From: Trypethelium eluteriae
Lineage: Eukaryota
Direction: 5' to 3'
Length of the DNA: 49,713 nt
Assembly (NCBI GenBank): GCA_051942245.1
Contig: JAVECL010000119.1
Span: 1-49,713, forward strand
Shown here piece by piece: positions 1 to 12,949 of the stretch (the first letter of the stretch is position 1; every line of letters starts with the position of its first letter). The translations under genes and the position numbers were made by a program. The notes under the pieces were generated by a model, which was given only the letters and a program-made list of their open reading frames with translations, ran no database searches and was not told the origin of the DNA.

Positions 1-297
1 CTCCAAATCCACCAGCCCCCCAACCCCAAGACACACGCACACCCCGCCGACGCCGCCCTCGCTCGTCCTCATCGGCCGCACGAGCTCGGCGCCCGCCCGC
101 GCCAGATCCGCGTACCCGGCGATCGGCTGCAGCTTGTGCGCGATGTAGTCGCGCTTGAGCAGAGCGGTGAGGATGCGGGCGGCGCAGAGGGCGTCGGGGT
201 CGAGGGCGACGAGGATGAGGACGGGCGCCGTGAGGGCGTGGTGGGTGCGGAGAAGGGAGGTGTAGAGGTGGGAGATCAGGTCGCGGGGGAGGTACAT
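1..297 (-). CDS. CDC45: DNA replication initiation factor Cdc45, 5' end (continues beyond the window edge)
   Basis: Manual translation from ATG 297: MYLPRDLISHLYTSLLRTHHALTAPVLILVALDPDALCAARILTALLKRDYIAHKLQPIAGYADL...VCLGVGGLVDLE, the characteristic fungal Cdc45 N-terminus. Missed by the ORF track. Confidence 0.93.
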   Translation of the reverse strand, partial: MYLPRDLISHLYTSLLRTHHALTAPVLILVALDPDALCAARILTALLKRDYIAHKLQPIAGYADLARAGAELVRPMRTSEGGVGGVCVCLGVGGLVDLE

Positions 298-448
298 GGT
301 CGAGGGTTTTGTTGTAGTATTCGGTTGGGGAAGGGAGCTGGCATATATCGGTTCGAGGGAGGAGAGCTTCTTCGGAGGATCTGTCGCGAGAGCTAGGTAT
401 GTGGGTTGAGTGCAGAGGTTGGTTGGTGATGGTAGTCTTTGGTTCGCG

Positions 449-636
449 ACGCGTTTGGGTAATTGATGGAATAGTGGTGTTATTCATAGAATGAAAACAT
501 AATGCTTGATGCTAAAGATTTAATACTGTCGTCAGAGAAATGCACACTTGACCATGCAAAAATAACATTGTACAATTGGTGAGAGTGGTGAGTGGTGGGT
601 GTGTAAAGCCAAAAGGTGCGAGTGCGGAAGACGCGT
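449..636. promoter_or_regulatory. MCB-type cell-cycle boxes (ACGCGT) upstream of CDC45
   Basis: ACGCGT at 449-454 and 631-636, each beside extra CGCG cores, about 150 and 335 bp upstream of the CDC45 ATG. Confidence 0.6.
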
Positions 637-901
637 CGCGTCGAGACCATGTGGCCCGTGCGTGACATCGAATTTTGCCGTCTCGTCTCCCGATCTCCAT
701 CAAATCCTCATCCATCCACAAATCCATGATAAAAAAGACATTAAATGAAATCCATCTCAAATGTAACCCATCGGAGCTCAGACATTTTCCAAAGTGCTCG
801 TCTCATCCCTAAAGATTGCCTAAACAGCAGTGATTTTAATTTACTCCACTTTCTCCCTCCCTCCCCATCCGTCGATCTATTTTTCCTCCCCACCATTCTC
901 C

Positions 902-1537
902 TCACTCCCTCTCACTCCCCTCACCATCTTGCCTCGCCCTCGCCTCCTCTCGTTGACCTGTCTGCATGCCATCAAGATGCTCCACAAATCTCGACCCTCT
1001 GTTCGCATCCCCAATACTGGCGTTCCACCACCCGGGTGGCGTACCCATATATGTCCCGATAGGAAGCTGGCCTGGAGGCACCGTTCCCTCGTTTCCATTC
1101 TCGTTCCCGTTCTCGTCATTATTGCCGTTTCCATGTTGATTTCCTAGGCTTGCTCCATTCGACCTCGTTGATGCGGTGGACGTCTGCTTCGTACTGCGGC
1201 TAGTTCGACCACTTGAAAGCCACCTTGATGCCGATTCGGAGGTGGAAATTGACTCGGTCCCATTGTTGCCATTGTTGTTCTTGCAAGTCTTCGTCGTCGT
1301 GCATGGGGTGGGGGCAGAGTTCGAGCTGGACTTCGGGTTTCGCGCGGAGGATGAGGAGGATGGAGGGTCGGGTTTAGCCCAAAAAGAAGGAGAAAAGGGG
1401 TGAGACTGTTGAGAGCTTGGCGCAGTAGCCGCCTCTTGTACCGCATCTTCTTGCAAATTGTCAATCGAAGGCTTTTTACAGAAAGTTTTGCGCATGAAGC
1501 TGAGCGCGCGATGCCGGAGGGTATGATCGTCCGGCAT
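902..1537 (-). CDS. Hypothetical low-complexity S/T/N/G-rich protein (~211 aa)
   Basis: Open frame from ATG 1537 (MPDDHTLRHRALSFMRK...) to stop at 902; disordered composition; no recognisable domain. Confidence 0.45.
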   Translation of the reverse strand: MPDDHTLRHRALSFMRKTFCKKPSIDNLQEDAVQEAATAPSSQQSHPFSPSFWAKPDPPSSSSSARNPKSSSNSAPTPCTTTKTCKNNNGNNGTESISTSESASRWLSSGRTSRSTKQTSTASTRSNGASLGNQHGNGNNDENGNENGNEGTVPPGQLPIGTYMGTPPGWWNASIGDANRGSRFVEHLDGMQTGQREEARARQDGEGSERE

Positions 1538-2338
1538 GGTTGGTATAATGTATTGGCAGCGGTGGATGGTCCTTGATGAGTGTTGTATTTTGCAATTACT
1601 TCGAAAATGTGAAACGAAAATGCGAAAGGAAAGTCGCAGTTTTGGAGCCTGCTTGCTGCCCATGTTTGAGGAGCTTGATGGATGCTGTATAGGCAGATCT
1701 AGAATAGACCAAATTGCTGAGGACACAAGGGGAAACTTTCCAAGAACCATTACTTACCTCAAGAAGTACCACAATGACAGGATAAATGAAAACATGCTTC
1801 ATCAACTTCGAAGGCAAGCAATGACCTTTCCAAGTTACTAAGCCAAGTATCGAGGATGAGCACTGTTGGTGTGAATGAATGCACTGGTTGGCTTGGGCAT
1901 TCCCAAAGACCAACAATTTCATCCAAAAGAGCAAGGATCTTGATGCAAAAACCGGGTAGGATAGTCAAACTATTTCCCGAAGCGTGATCAAAGGAGGAAA
2001 ATTGTGTTGAAAGTTTCAGAAGAGCTATGTTTTGAAACCTTGCTGCTGGCTGAGGAGCTGGAAAGGAAAAACAGTCGCACTAGAATTACAAAGAACCCAG
2101 AAAGCCCGACTTTACCACATGCTATCAATCTGAGTCGTTCTGGAGGCAAAAGCACAAATTCAGGCTCCATCTCGCTCATCAGCCGTTGTTAAGAGAAGCA
2201 ATACTTCATCTTCCTCAACCAGTATTTCCTATCATTTTCATCAAGAATCATCCGCCAAGCGTCATTCTCCACACCTTTCTCAATATTGAAGCTCTCATTT
2301 GTAGTTGATAGCCGATTCTCTATTATTGGTAGGACCTC

Positions 2339-3783
2339 TTATGCTGCTGGTACGGCTTCTGGCTCACTGTTCACCGGCTCGCTGGTCACTGGTACCTGAT
2401 GTTCATGGTTCGGCTCCTGAGGTTCGTGGCTTGGCACGTGCGGGAATTCCTGCTTAATAGCGGGCTCTGCGGTACCCACACCACCATTTGCATCAGTCAC
2501 TTCTGAAGCCGGAGCAGAGCTCTTCTGTCCACCGATCATCTCCTGGGCCTTAGCGGTATAGTCTTTGGTAGCCTGCACAACAGATTCAGTAGCACGACCG
2601 GTATGATGAGCAGCAAGATCGCGGATTTGATTTGTCTGCTGAGATACCACACTTTGGGCATTGTCGAGGTGATGGTCGATGAACTCTTGGTTGCTGATGT
2701 AGGCAAGAGGGACAAAGTAGACAGTCGAAACAGCGAGCACGCCAAGCCCCCAGGTGGGCATGACCTTAATCAAGAAGTAGGATAAGAGCGATGCTGCAAA
2801 AGCCTAGATGACTGGATCAGAGAGTGCTTGCACAAAATTGGCCAGAGGTGGAACGTACAGCGATAGTCGCCCAAACATTCTCTGCGAATAGTATGCGCTG
2901 GAACTCGATGACGAAGAAGTTGATGATCTGCTCGAGATCCCCGAGCACACTCTCTAAAGTTTCCCTCCGGATGGTAAAGTATTTCCTTGGGCGCATCTGA
3001 GAAGCGAGACCGTTACCCAGGGCAACTTTGCCAACCACTTCGGCAGCAGCAGTCACTAGTATCCGTCAGTCACGGCGCTACTTTTTCCAAAAGGGCAATA
3101 TGTTCCAACCTCCAAGTGTCATATATAGTCCTTTGAAGACATATCTCAGGACGTTAAGGTACCGGCCGGCGAAGATGAGGGAGACGATGATGGCATAGGA
3201 AATTGCAGTTGCACGCGGATTTTCCCACTAATGGAGGTCAATTTGAGAGGAGTCAAGCTGTCGAGAAGGGTTCTTACACTGAGAAGGCTGTAGAAAAGAG
3301 AATGATAGTCGATAAGCCTATTAGCATGGTTCGGTCACAGATTTAGGATGAATTTTTACTTACGAGTCAAAGGCTGTCCATTGACAGTCTGTGAATCTGG
3401 AGTGCGGCGAGCGCTAGCCAAGTTGTTGAAGTCGTTTGATGTCTTTGCTGCTTGATTTCGCACATTATCTGCTACCGGGCCTTTTTCAATGTCAGATAAG
3501 CCTCAAATGTGTGATTTTTCCTCCCAAAAGTCCGATGCTGACATACCGTTGCGAATGCTTTGGGTCAGAGGGTGGTTCCTAGCGGCATCGATGGCGGATT
3601 GGGCTCCTATAGTTCGGATTAGCACGGAGGTTGAGAGATTTCTTAAGAGCTTCGATTAGGACCACGAAAAAAAGGCTTACCGCCATAAACAGTGTCTTTA
3701 GCATTCTGAACAGAACTACCAGAAGGATTCAAATTTGGGTAATCGTTGTTGCCCAGTTGCGGTGCTCTGTCGGTGTCGGCCAT
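2339..3783 (-). CDS. RTN1: Reticulon-like ER-shaping protein (multi-exon)
   Basis: Exons give MADTDRAPQLG..., WENPRATAISYAIIVSLIFAGRYL..., LASQMRPRKYFTIRRETLE...FFVIEFQRILFAEN and LIKVMPTWGLGVLAVSTVYFVPLAYISNQEFID: reticulon hairpin domain. Confidence 0.85.
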
Positions 3784-4374
3784 GGCGACGAAATGTTTGA
3801 GCAAACGGAGTTCGCGGACCGGAAGTAGGAGGTGAAGGGAACAGCGAGAAAAGGGAAAGAAGGCACGTGAGCAACTTAGTTTGGTGACAACCTTTGCCAA
3901 ATGCAAGTGATAAGGAAGAAAAAGCCTTGTGTGAGGAAATTTGGAGTTTGTTGACAGTGATGGAGTTATGGGGTTAAAGAGTTATGGAGTTGTTCCTTCC
4001 AGGTTTTTGGGCAGCATCAGCATGTGCTTCGCCGAAGCAGGGGCCCCGTTTCACCACCATGACGTCCACTCCATCCAATCATTGCCTCTGCATCGACACT
4101 CTTCCTACTCCAGAGTAAAGCGTTTGTATACTTGACAGGAATCACACAAGATTACGAATCCGTGCAGAGAAATCCCAGCTTAGCGAGACGCTCGTCCAAT
4201 TAATTCAGGTACGCCTTTGTCACGTCATTCTAGGGGGTAATCTTGGTGGTCTAGTCTTGATTCAAGCTGTATCTTATTCGCTCTTTTGGACCAGTCTCAA
4301 CTTTCCAGACCCAGTCCGATTGCGCATTTTATTATGCACACGGTCTATAGCCATACGCATCTCAAGATACATTA

Positions 4375-6775
4375 TTAAGCCTTCTTCTCTTTTATCCGTC
4401 CTTCCAACTTTGGTGCAATACCCTACAAGGAGTGATTCAGCAATGATATCGAAAGACAGACATAAGATTTGGATGATTCTCACCTTTGTCCAGTGCACGC
4501 CAAAGTCTTCTCCAAGCTCGTCACACAAGTTCGGATGGCCTCGTAGCCCAGACAATCTCCACCACTTCCGCGATACTTTGCGCATAATCATTAATTCTCG
4601 CTCCCGCTGACTTACTTCGGTCGGTACAGCTTTGATATCGCTGTGGTCATCTTCGGAATCGCTGAGGTGATGCTCATGGGTTCCATCATCATTTGGAGTT
4701 CCTGCCTCTCTACCATTGGTCTTGTGCTTCTTACGGACGGGCATAGAATGATCGTCTTGTTGAGCCTTTCCTACCAATGAGGGCAAGGTTTCGGCATGCT
4801 TGTCTATCACCGAGTCCCCACTCGCATGTTTTGATTGCTGGTTTGAGGCGTCTTGCTTATTTTCTTCAGGCTTCTCTGGAACCTTAGGCTCCCTTACAGG
4901 ATGTGCTTGGTGCAGCTCGTTGTGCACACCTCCCCAATGCCTTCCCATACTTGCTCCCCACCGTCGCCACCTTCCGAGTACCTTTAAGCTCATGAAGTAC
5001 TGCCGCAAGAGCATCGAGATAAGGATACCGTTTTCCTCCGACACTAGCTCCTCTGCGGTGCCACCCTCAGAGCGTACCAGTAGGGATGTATATCCATCTA
5101 CAAGCAAATCATCAGCAGCTCCTAGGGCGTCCTCAACATAGTGAATCCTACCTTTGCCGCGCGCCATGTAGCCTCTTGTTGCCAGTTTGTATTCTCTATC
5201 CATCTTTAGAGGCTCATTCCCAACTTTGACATAGATGATCCTCGAGCCCTCTGGTGCTTGCGGGTCAAACTCAAGCTCAATATTTGATACCTGAGGGAAG
5301 CGTCCTTCAAGGGCTGGATATTTGCTAACCGAATTTTCCAAAGCTCCCAGTAGTGCTTCCCCGGTAACTCTAATAACAACCACAGGATCTTCGAAGGGAA
5401 AACTAGACCCGGAATTATTCTTTTATTTTCGAGCAAATATGGTCAAAGATTAAGCCTACCAATTCATGACATCCTTCAGTCTTAACACACCAGGCGGATA
5501 GATCTGGTCACCTCGGATCGTTCCCGCTGCCATAAGGCATGCCTCAGCAGAGTAGTAGTGTCGCATAATATCGCAGACGAAATTGCCGAGATTCGATTCT
5601 TTTAATCGGACCGTCATGAAGCGAGCATCTAGAGGCGCAGCCGTGTAGCCGACTGGCTTCTCCAGCTTGGATTTCAGCGAAGTTGTCAATGATTCGACAA
5701 GGAAAGACATAGAGGTATCAGGTGGAACTGCTGAAGTGACATCACGGCGAATAATGCGGAACGACCATTGAGGATGTCGCACATCATCACTCTTCCGGCG
5801 AGCCTCGATGTAGCTCAGTTGCTTGAAGTCGGTTCCCGACCTAAGAATGTGTGTTCCGTTGATTATCTGGTGTCCGTAGTAGTGATCGTGTCCGCCAAGG
5901 ATGATGTCGATAAGACCCGGGGGTGTGTCTTGCGCTAGCTTATTGTCGTTGGGCTCGCGTTGATGCGTAAGAGCAATGATCATCTCGGCCCCTTGCGCAC
6001 GAAGCTCTGGTATTAATTCCTGAGCTGTGGCAGCGGCCGATTTGAAGATTATGTTTGGAGGCAGCGAGTTGATAGTGTCGAGCCACTCCTTTTCTACCAG
6101 ACCAATGATTCCAATCTTGATGCCATTCGATGAGGTAATTATCATCGTCTTTTGAGCTCTTCCAAGCGGCACATCATCACCGAGACCGGGGTCGAAGACG
6201 TTTGCAAGGAGCCAGGGGAACGTGCACTGATTCGCGAGATGTTCGAATTGATTAACCCCGAAGTCGAGATCATGGTTCTAGCAGCAAGAGAAGTACGTAA
6301 GCATGATTTGTAGGGAAGCTCCTCGGTGTTTCGCCTTACTCCTACACAGGCGACTTTGGTGCCTACAGCATTGAGGATCGGAACCATGTGACTACCTTTG
6401 GAACGTTAAAATACTCATGTAAGCACTGAGAATAACGAAATGTATGATTTTCAAGAGGACGGTAAAATTTGGTTACGTTACGCGACAAGAGTACTCACCT
6501 TTGGTGACACTACTTTCCAGGCTTGGATTGAAGGCGTCTCCTGAAAAGAGCTCAATCAATTCGGGCTGGTTGCGGAATCCGTTATTTTCTCGATAACTCT
6601 TGCACAAAGTTTGGAATCGAGCAGCACCACCGACTGGCTCTTGTGACCCAGGTTCGATGTGGTACACATCATTGTAATGAAGGAGACGAAGATCGGGGAG
6701 GCTGCCAGGATTCGCATCTCCACCCGAATACGTTACCTCCTGATCCGGAGCCTCCCCTGCCTTGGAGCGCGCCAT
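4375..6775 (-). CDS. 5'-nucleotidase / calcineurin-like metallophosphoesterase with 5'-nucleotidase C-terminal domain (multi-exon)
   Basis: Motifs LLHYNDVYH, FSGDAFNPSLES, VG(N)HDLDFG, ALTHQREPND, ILGGHDH, ESNLGNF, GTIRGD, GRFPQVS; last exon GIAPKLEGRIKEKKA* ends at 4375. Confidence 0.9.
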
Positions 6776-7527
6776 AGTCTGTTTGAAAGCAATACGAATC
6801 AAGGAAAGAGTTTAGTGAAGGACTTGAATTGAGACGTGCCTAGAAGAAGCGTCTCTGAGTCGCGCGAAATCTAAAAACTGTGATTGATATTGCGGCTATC
6901 CGTAAGAATCTGGAGGCCGATTAGATGCTATTTGAGATGGGCGCCTCGGAGACTTCAGAGGATTGGTCTTAATGGAATTCTTATGTCTCCGATATGATTT
7001 TTTTGAGGGTTACGGATCGACAAAGTGCAGGAATGCGTGCGCACCGCGGAGATGGTCTCAGGCGCGAACCGTAAAATGAGGGGTCTTATACAGTGACAAA
7101 AGCGGAATGAAGCTCTAGAGTCTCGACCGGGTGTATGATCATCTAGAATTCGACAAGTCGTCCGTAGCGATAATTGGTGAACATTAGCGAAAGTAATTTT
7201 CGAGAGCGGATACGATGAAGTCATGAGTAGGGTGGTCCAAGCTCTCTTCCTTTATCATATCTTGGCAATATATGGGAATAATGTCATCTCAAAGCTTATT
7301 CAGAACATTACGAAGCCTTCATAGGAAGAAATAATGAATAAGCATATAGACGGTGATTGGAGAGACATGCTATCTGAGTCATGCTGACCAAATTTTATGG
7401 AGGGGAATGATTAAGTAAATTACTGTGATCCAGTCGCTTTTTCCCATCGTTCGCGACGCTTGTTGAGCATTCATAAAAACAAAACCAAGACATGTTGTGA
7501 GACTATCATGATACAAAAATGATGGCA

Positions 7528-9661
7528 TTACGCTTCGCTCTGCATAAGAGTCCATCTTCTCTTAGGCCCCTTGTCTCTTTCTGTTCGTGAACCGCTGGGT
7601 GACGAACCCCAAAGACCATGCTGACTTAGAGTTCGTCCTAAGCTACCTGGCATGGGCGGAACAGTTGATGAACCCTCATCACTGTCTCGCTCGTCCGCAC
7701 CATCGACCGGCTGAGGTGGAGTTTTATTTGTAGCGTCAGCAAAATTTAGTACGAAGTCGTGTCCAGGACTAGAGCTCTTAGAAACGTCTTCACCGGCTGT
7801 ACTCGGTCTCTTGTTCCAAAGTCCGCTGAAAGCGCCTTGGTGTGTTTCTGCAGCTGGCGGGTGATGAAGGGTGGTCGCACGGTTAAGAGGCGGTGCGATG
7901 GCTGCGGAAGAGGTGCGTCTGATACTGCCAAGAGAGCTATTCATGCCACGTACAGGCTCACTAGTAGTAAAAGGGCTAACAGGACTTGTACTTGCACTCC
8001 ATGTTCCTTGACGTCGACGTTGATCTAAGCCGGGTCTCCCGCTATCATTAGAGAAAGACATCGAGGGTATCTTGGTGGGATCAATGCCAGCGCGAAGATG
8101 CTCGGACGATGCAAGGAGCCGCATATCATACTCTTGGGAAAGTTCCATGGCAATGGATCCTTTCCTACCGAGTCCCGCAGCCCTATCAGCTGCTATATCT
8201 GAAGGTGAGAATGGCGGACGTTCCCTCTCTGTCTCCTTTCTGACAGCCATTGTCAGGGAAGCCATCCCCACATCCAGTAATACGGGTTGGTTTGTGAGTG
8301 CTCCGATCAAAGCATTACAACCTGCACCATGGGTGACCAATACCAAGACTACGTCCGTATCTTGATCCTCGCTTTCTTTGTGGGCAGCAGGTACGGCTTC
8401 CTGCTCGTCTTCTACCGGATTCCTAGTTCCTTGATCCCTATACCATTGGATCATTTTGCTCAGTCCACCCCGAAAGCGTTTGTGCATAGCGCTCCACTCC
8501 TCACCAAACTCACCACCGTCTCCCCATTCTTGCGGTGGTCGCATGCTATCCCACTGATAGTCGATGTCAATACATGCTTCTCGAGCGTGCGCAACGTAAC
8601 CACGCGGGATCGGCTCTGACGGCGAAAGGGCGTATGCAGGTTGAGGTGGTATATAGGTGCCCTTATTCTGAGTGGAATAAGTCGCTAGAGGCGACTTGGG
8701 CCTGAGGTGCGCAACTCCATGACTACTGGAGCGTTCTCGTGGTGGCAGAGCTTGGTCGATGCTACTCATGTTTGCTAATGGTCCACCGTCAGGCGGGGGT
8801 GCAGAAGATGGGGTTTGGCTGGTTCCACTGCCCCATCCTCCCGGAAAATTACCCGGCATCTGATTTCCAACGGCTTGGAATTCCTCGATATTCTCACCGC
8901 GACGCAGTAGATCTGCCTTTGCTCCAGCAACCATCAGGGTTGACTTCGGCGGAGGAGTTATGGACTCATAGTAATCTGGTGCTAACCACTCTCCGAGAAA
9001 GGCGTCAAGACGTAGATTAGGTTTGCTTTGGTGTTCTGACTGCGTTCGGGCATCGGAATCGTAGTGTTCCACCTCACCCTGTTTGATTGGAGTCAAAATC
9101 GGAGAGTGGTCCTTGTCGGAAGATTTACCGAACGAAGACTTCGAACGGAAAGACTGGCTAGGTCTCGTTGCTGGGGAGTGGCGGCTACCATTGGTTTCAC
9201 TAATTGGATTGGTCTGAGCTATACCGGCCCCGATAGCAATGGCTGTCTGTACACATCGTTGAAATGGAGAGCTGTGTATGAAAACCTTGTGTTTCCTCCT
9301 CTTGCCTGCTCTGTTGTCTTGAGATGGTTTGCTGTTCGTAGCTGATCCTACCGATGACGCGAAATCGGTTACCTGAACGTGCTCTGGTTGTTTCTGAACT
9401 GATTCATTTTGATCCTGGATTTGTTCTCTTGCACCCAACAAACTGGCCAACCGCGCACCAAGAGCCCTGGACTGGGTCCAGCCTCCATACGTTAGGGGCG
9501 GATCGTACGGTGTAGGTGAACTCAGGTGCCATGCTTTGTCGGCAGCGTCAAGCCGGGCGCCATGCCTACGGCTTGTTAGAGAAAGAAGGGAGAAGCTGCG
9601 GGAAGAGAAGGTGCTCAACCACTGACCGTACAATGATCACGACGGCTGGTGACGGAGCCAT
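7528..9661 (-). CDS. Histidine phosphatase (phosphoglycerate mutase-like) family protein with long disordered inserts
   Basis: Spliced N-terminus MAPSPAVVIIVR|HGARLDAAD...PYDPPLTYGGW; HSSPFQRCVQTA; LDAFLGEW; LVTHGAGCNAL. Confidence 0.88.
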
Positions 9662-11424
9662 GCTAACTAACCAAGCAACCTATGATGAGCAATGAAATTG
9701 TAATAGGTCGGTTCCCCATACCTGAGGCAGCGCATATGCGATTCTATTTGCGCGTTGAAAAAGATCAATCGCAAAGTCGTTAGCTATACAGGATTACTCT
9801 TTGCTGACCTTGCCATAGAGCGAAAGGTAAAAATTGAATGATAAGTGGAAATGTATTTCGAAGTCAGGCTCGAGCGTGAAATAATGGCGACGTAGCAATT
9901 GGATCGAGGTTGTCTTTCATAACGAGTGGCGGCGGGATGATCCAGCGGGAGCTCGAGCTTGACAAGCTTTAGTTTGGTGAGCTCTGGAGGGAATCTTGGA
10001 AGATTCTCCGGGTTGCCTTGATGGGCAAGCTTCGAGATACGTCTTGGAACGTTGAAACTGACTATTGAAAGCGGAGGTATTCCGTAGGTAGTAGTCGTTC
10101 AGAAATCCGGCCCTCCACATTGATCGCCGTACAGCTTTGAGCGCTAGCAACTGAATGTGTTTTAGCATGTGACAGTCATGACGCATTCGCGCAAATTGTG
10201 GTGCACGCTACTCTTGCACAATGGCACACGCACGAGTCGTGTTAGCTCCAGTCAGGTTTCTACATTATACGTTACAGTTTTCAGATCGAGCTCTCAACAA
10301 AATCGTCTAACGGACAACTTTCGATGCAAAATTCTGCACAAAATGCACTTGCTGCTGCAATGCCAACTTCGACCAAGCCATCGCTCCCGTCATATTTCAT
10401 GAAAGATCTATGATGAACATGATATGCATTTCGTACAATGTTTGAGTTGTGAGAGGACGTATTAAATGATATAAAGCTTCCACCGTCAAAACTACCATTT
10501 TTACTTCTCTATGCTATCTATCTCATCTTGGGAGGCGACTCACTCGTCATATTTGGAAAAGTGCTTCTCTTTACTAATTTAATGACGTCTGCTTTTCAGG
10601 AACCCTTCCTGGGCCCTACCTCCCTTGGGATTCTCCTCTCTTGAACCCCTTCACAGAACTGAGGCACTATTGCTAATTTCGAGGCGTGAATGACCCAAGG
10701 ATATACCGTGAGGTCAATGAGATTTCAGATAGAGGAGCTCATAGAGAGAAGGGGGATTCTTCCATGGAGGGAAGATCTGGGGGTTCCCTCCCAAACACCG
10801 GCAATAGTGTTCCAGTGGAATCCAACTGATCGAACAGATCAGTACCCGTTTTTCTCTAGTAAGGAAAACCCCAAGTAAGCAGGCTATGTCCCTTTTTTGG
10901 GGCACGCAGGTACTCAAGGTAGACCAAACACCTAAAGAAGTCGGAAGCCACTTCGCGATTGGTGGTCTTTGGAGACTGCGATGGAAACCGGATGGGCCCC
11001 ACCAAAAGTATATCGGTATTCCATCCCACGTACACCCCCATAAATAACTCACATCCCAAAAAGATAGCCTACAGATGCCAACATTTCTGCCAAGGCTCCT
11101 TCTATGGCTAATCGTCTTTCGGATGTCTTAGCTGCGAGGTGATTTCCAAATGCCACGAAATACAGGCGAGCCTCACGTCAACGCAACGGGTACTCAATAG
11201 AGCACTACCACGTATCTACCGAATTTGGAAGTCGCATGCCCCGCATCTGAACAGCCGCATATGCATATGTCATAAAACCGATGGCTCGCTTTCGGCAATC
11301 CAGATCAACTGCTCAAATAGAAGACTTTAGCAAAAGAAGAACTAAATTTCTATCTTCTCTATTCTCATCCTTTTCCATCGCTTGACAAGGCAGCCACGAA
11401 ATTTGTTACCGTTTTCCTGGAAAG

Positions 11425-12419
11425 ATGGCACCTCATGCAGAAGATACCAATGGGGTTACACACGAACTCGCTACGGAGGTCCACGAACCAGGTCTAAGCA
11501 AAGACTTAGTGGAAGCGGTGAAACATGACGCACCTGTGAGACCCCCCAAATTTGACAACAAGTACGAAGAGAGAGTATATCTCAAGGAGAGACTTGCAGC
11601 AGCCTTCAGAATCTTTGGGAAATTTGGCTTTGACGAGTATGTGAACTGAACGGGAGTCTCTTGGATATCTGTGCATGACTAATACTCTCAAAGAGGAGTA
11701 GCCGGACACATCACAGTTCGCGTGAGTCGTCACAAATCACCCTCGATCTGAACGACCCAGAAATGACAGATGGCTTCCAGGATCCTGTTGAGCGTGACAC
11801 ATTTTGGGTAAATCCGTTTGGTGTCGCGTTTTCTCTGATCAAATCTTCGGATCTCATCAGGGTGGATGAGGAGGGCAAGATCGTTGACCATGGGCCCGTC
11901 AAGAGGCTCAATACAGCCGCTTTCATGATCCATTCGGCAATCCATAAAGCTCGGCCGGATGTCAATGCTGCCTGTCATAGCCATAGTATCTATGGCAGGA
12001 GCTTTTGTGCTCTTGGTCGGAAGCTTGACATCATTACACAGGATTCTTGCGCTTTTTACGATGACCACGTGTTGTATGAGAATTTTAATGGAATAGTGCT
12101 CAGTGAAGTTGAAGGGCAACAAATTGCACAGACTTTGGGCAAGGGAAAAGCAGCTCTCTTACAAAACCATGGACTTCTAACTGTCGGAGCGACAGTGGAA
12201 GCTGCAGTTTTCTGGTTTGTCAGTCTGGAGAAGTGTTGCCACGCGCAGTTGATGGCGGATGCCGCGGCAAGCGGAAGAGGGGGAGAGACCAAAAAGATTG
12301 GACATGAAGAAGCAGCATACACTTACAAGACCGTTGGCACTCCACACGCTGGATATTTCTCAGCAGTGCCCTTGTTTGATGTCATTCATCACGAGACAAA
12401 AGGAGAGTATCGCGGTTAA
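11425..12419 (+). CDS. Class II aldolase/adducin-domain protein
   Basis: LAAAFRIFGKFGFDE|GVAGHITVR|DPV...FWVNPFG, IHSAIHKARPDVNAACHSHS, LLQNHGLLT (Zn ligands HxH...H); two introns near the 5' end. Confidence 0.92.
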
Positions 12420-12949
12420 TGTATGTAAGCATGATGGTGTGATGGTGTCAGCCTCGAGATGAATGTGGAAAGAATGCCCAAAACTTGGTGAACCGGACCT
12501 TGCGACGTGAGCGTGTCGCACTAGGTCGCGTAGGTCACATGATGGTACATGTGGTTGTACTAAGAGACGTCTTTAAATTGAATCTGGTGTATTGTGCTGG
12601 TAATCTTGCCTTGTTGTCGCGCCTAAAAGGCAACCAGACGTGCCATTTCCTTGAACGGAATCAGACCAATCGAACACTATCAAATGGTTTCAGTTTCTGT
12701 AGAGTATCTCGAACCTACGCGGCCTAGAGGGGAAAGTAAAATAAAACATATTACCTCCCGGTGTACGACGAATGCGTAATTTAAAGAGCACCAGAAATCC
12801 CAGACGCGTATCCCAGCCGTGCGCGGGCCGAGCCGTCGTCAAACTTTCAAGACAGCTGTGAGATTGTAGGTTGTTGTTACGTGCCTCAGATGAGTGCCAC
12901 ACCTCGAAGCCTGCGACGTTCTCACAGTTTGGCCGCTTGCTAGTTAGCC

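Noticed and set aside
136..396. 86-aa plus-strand ORF
   Set aside because: Antisense shadow of the GC-rich CDC45 coding sequence.
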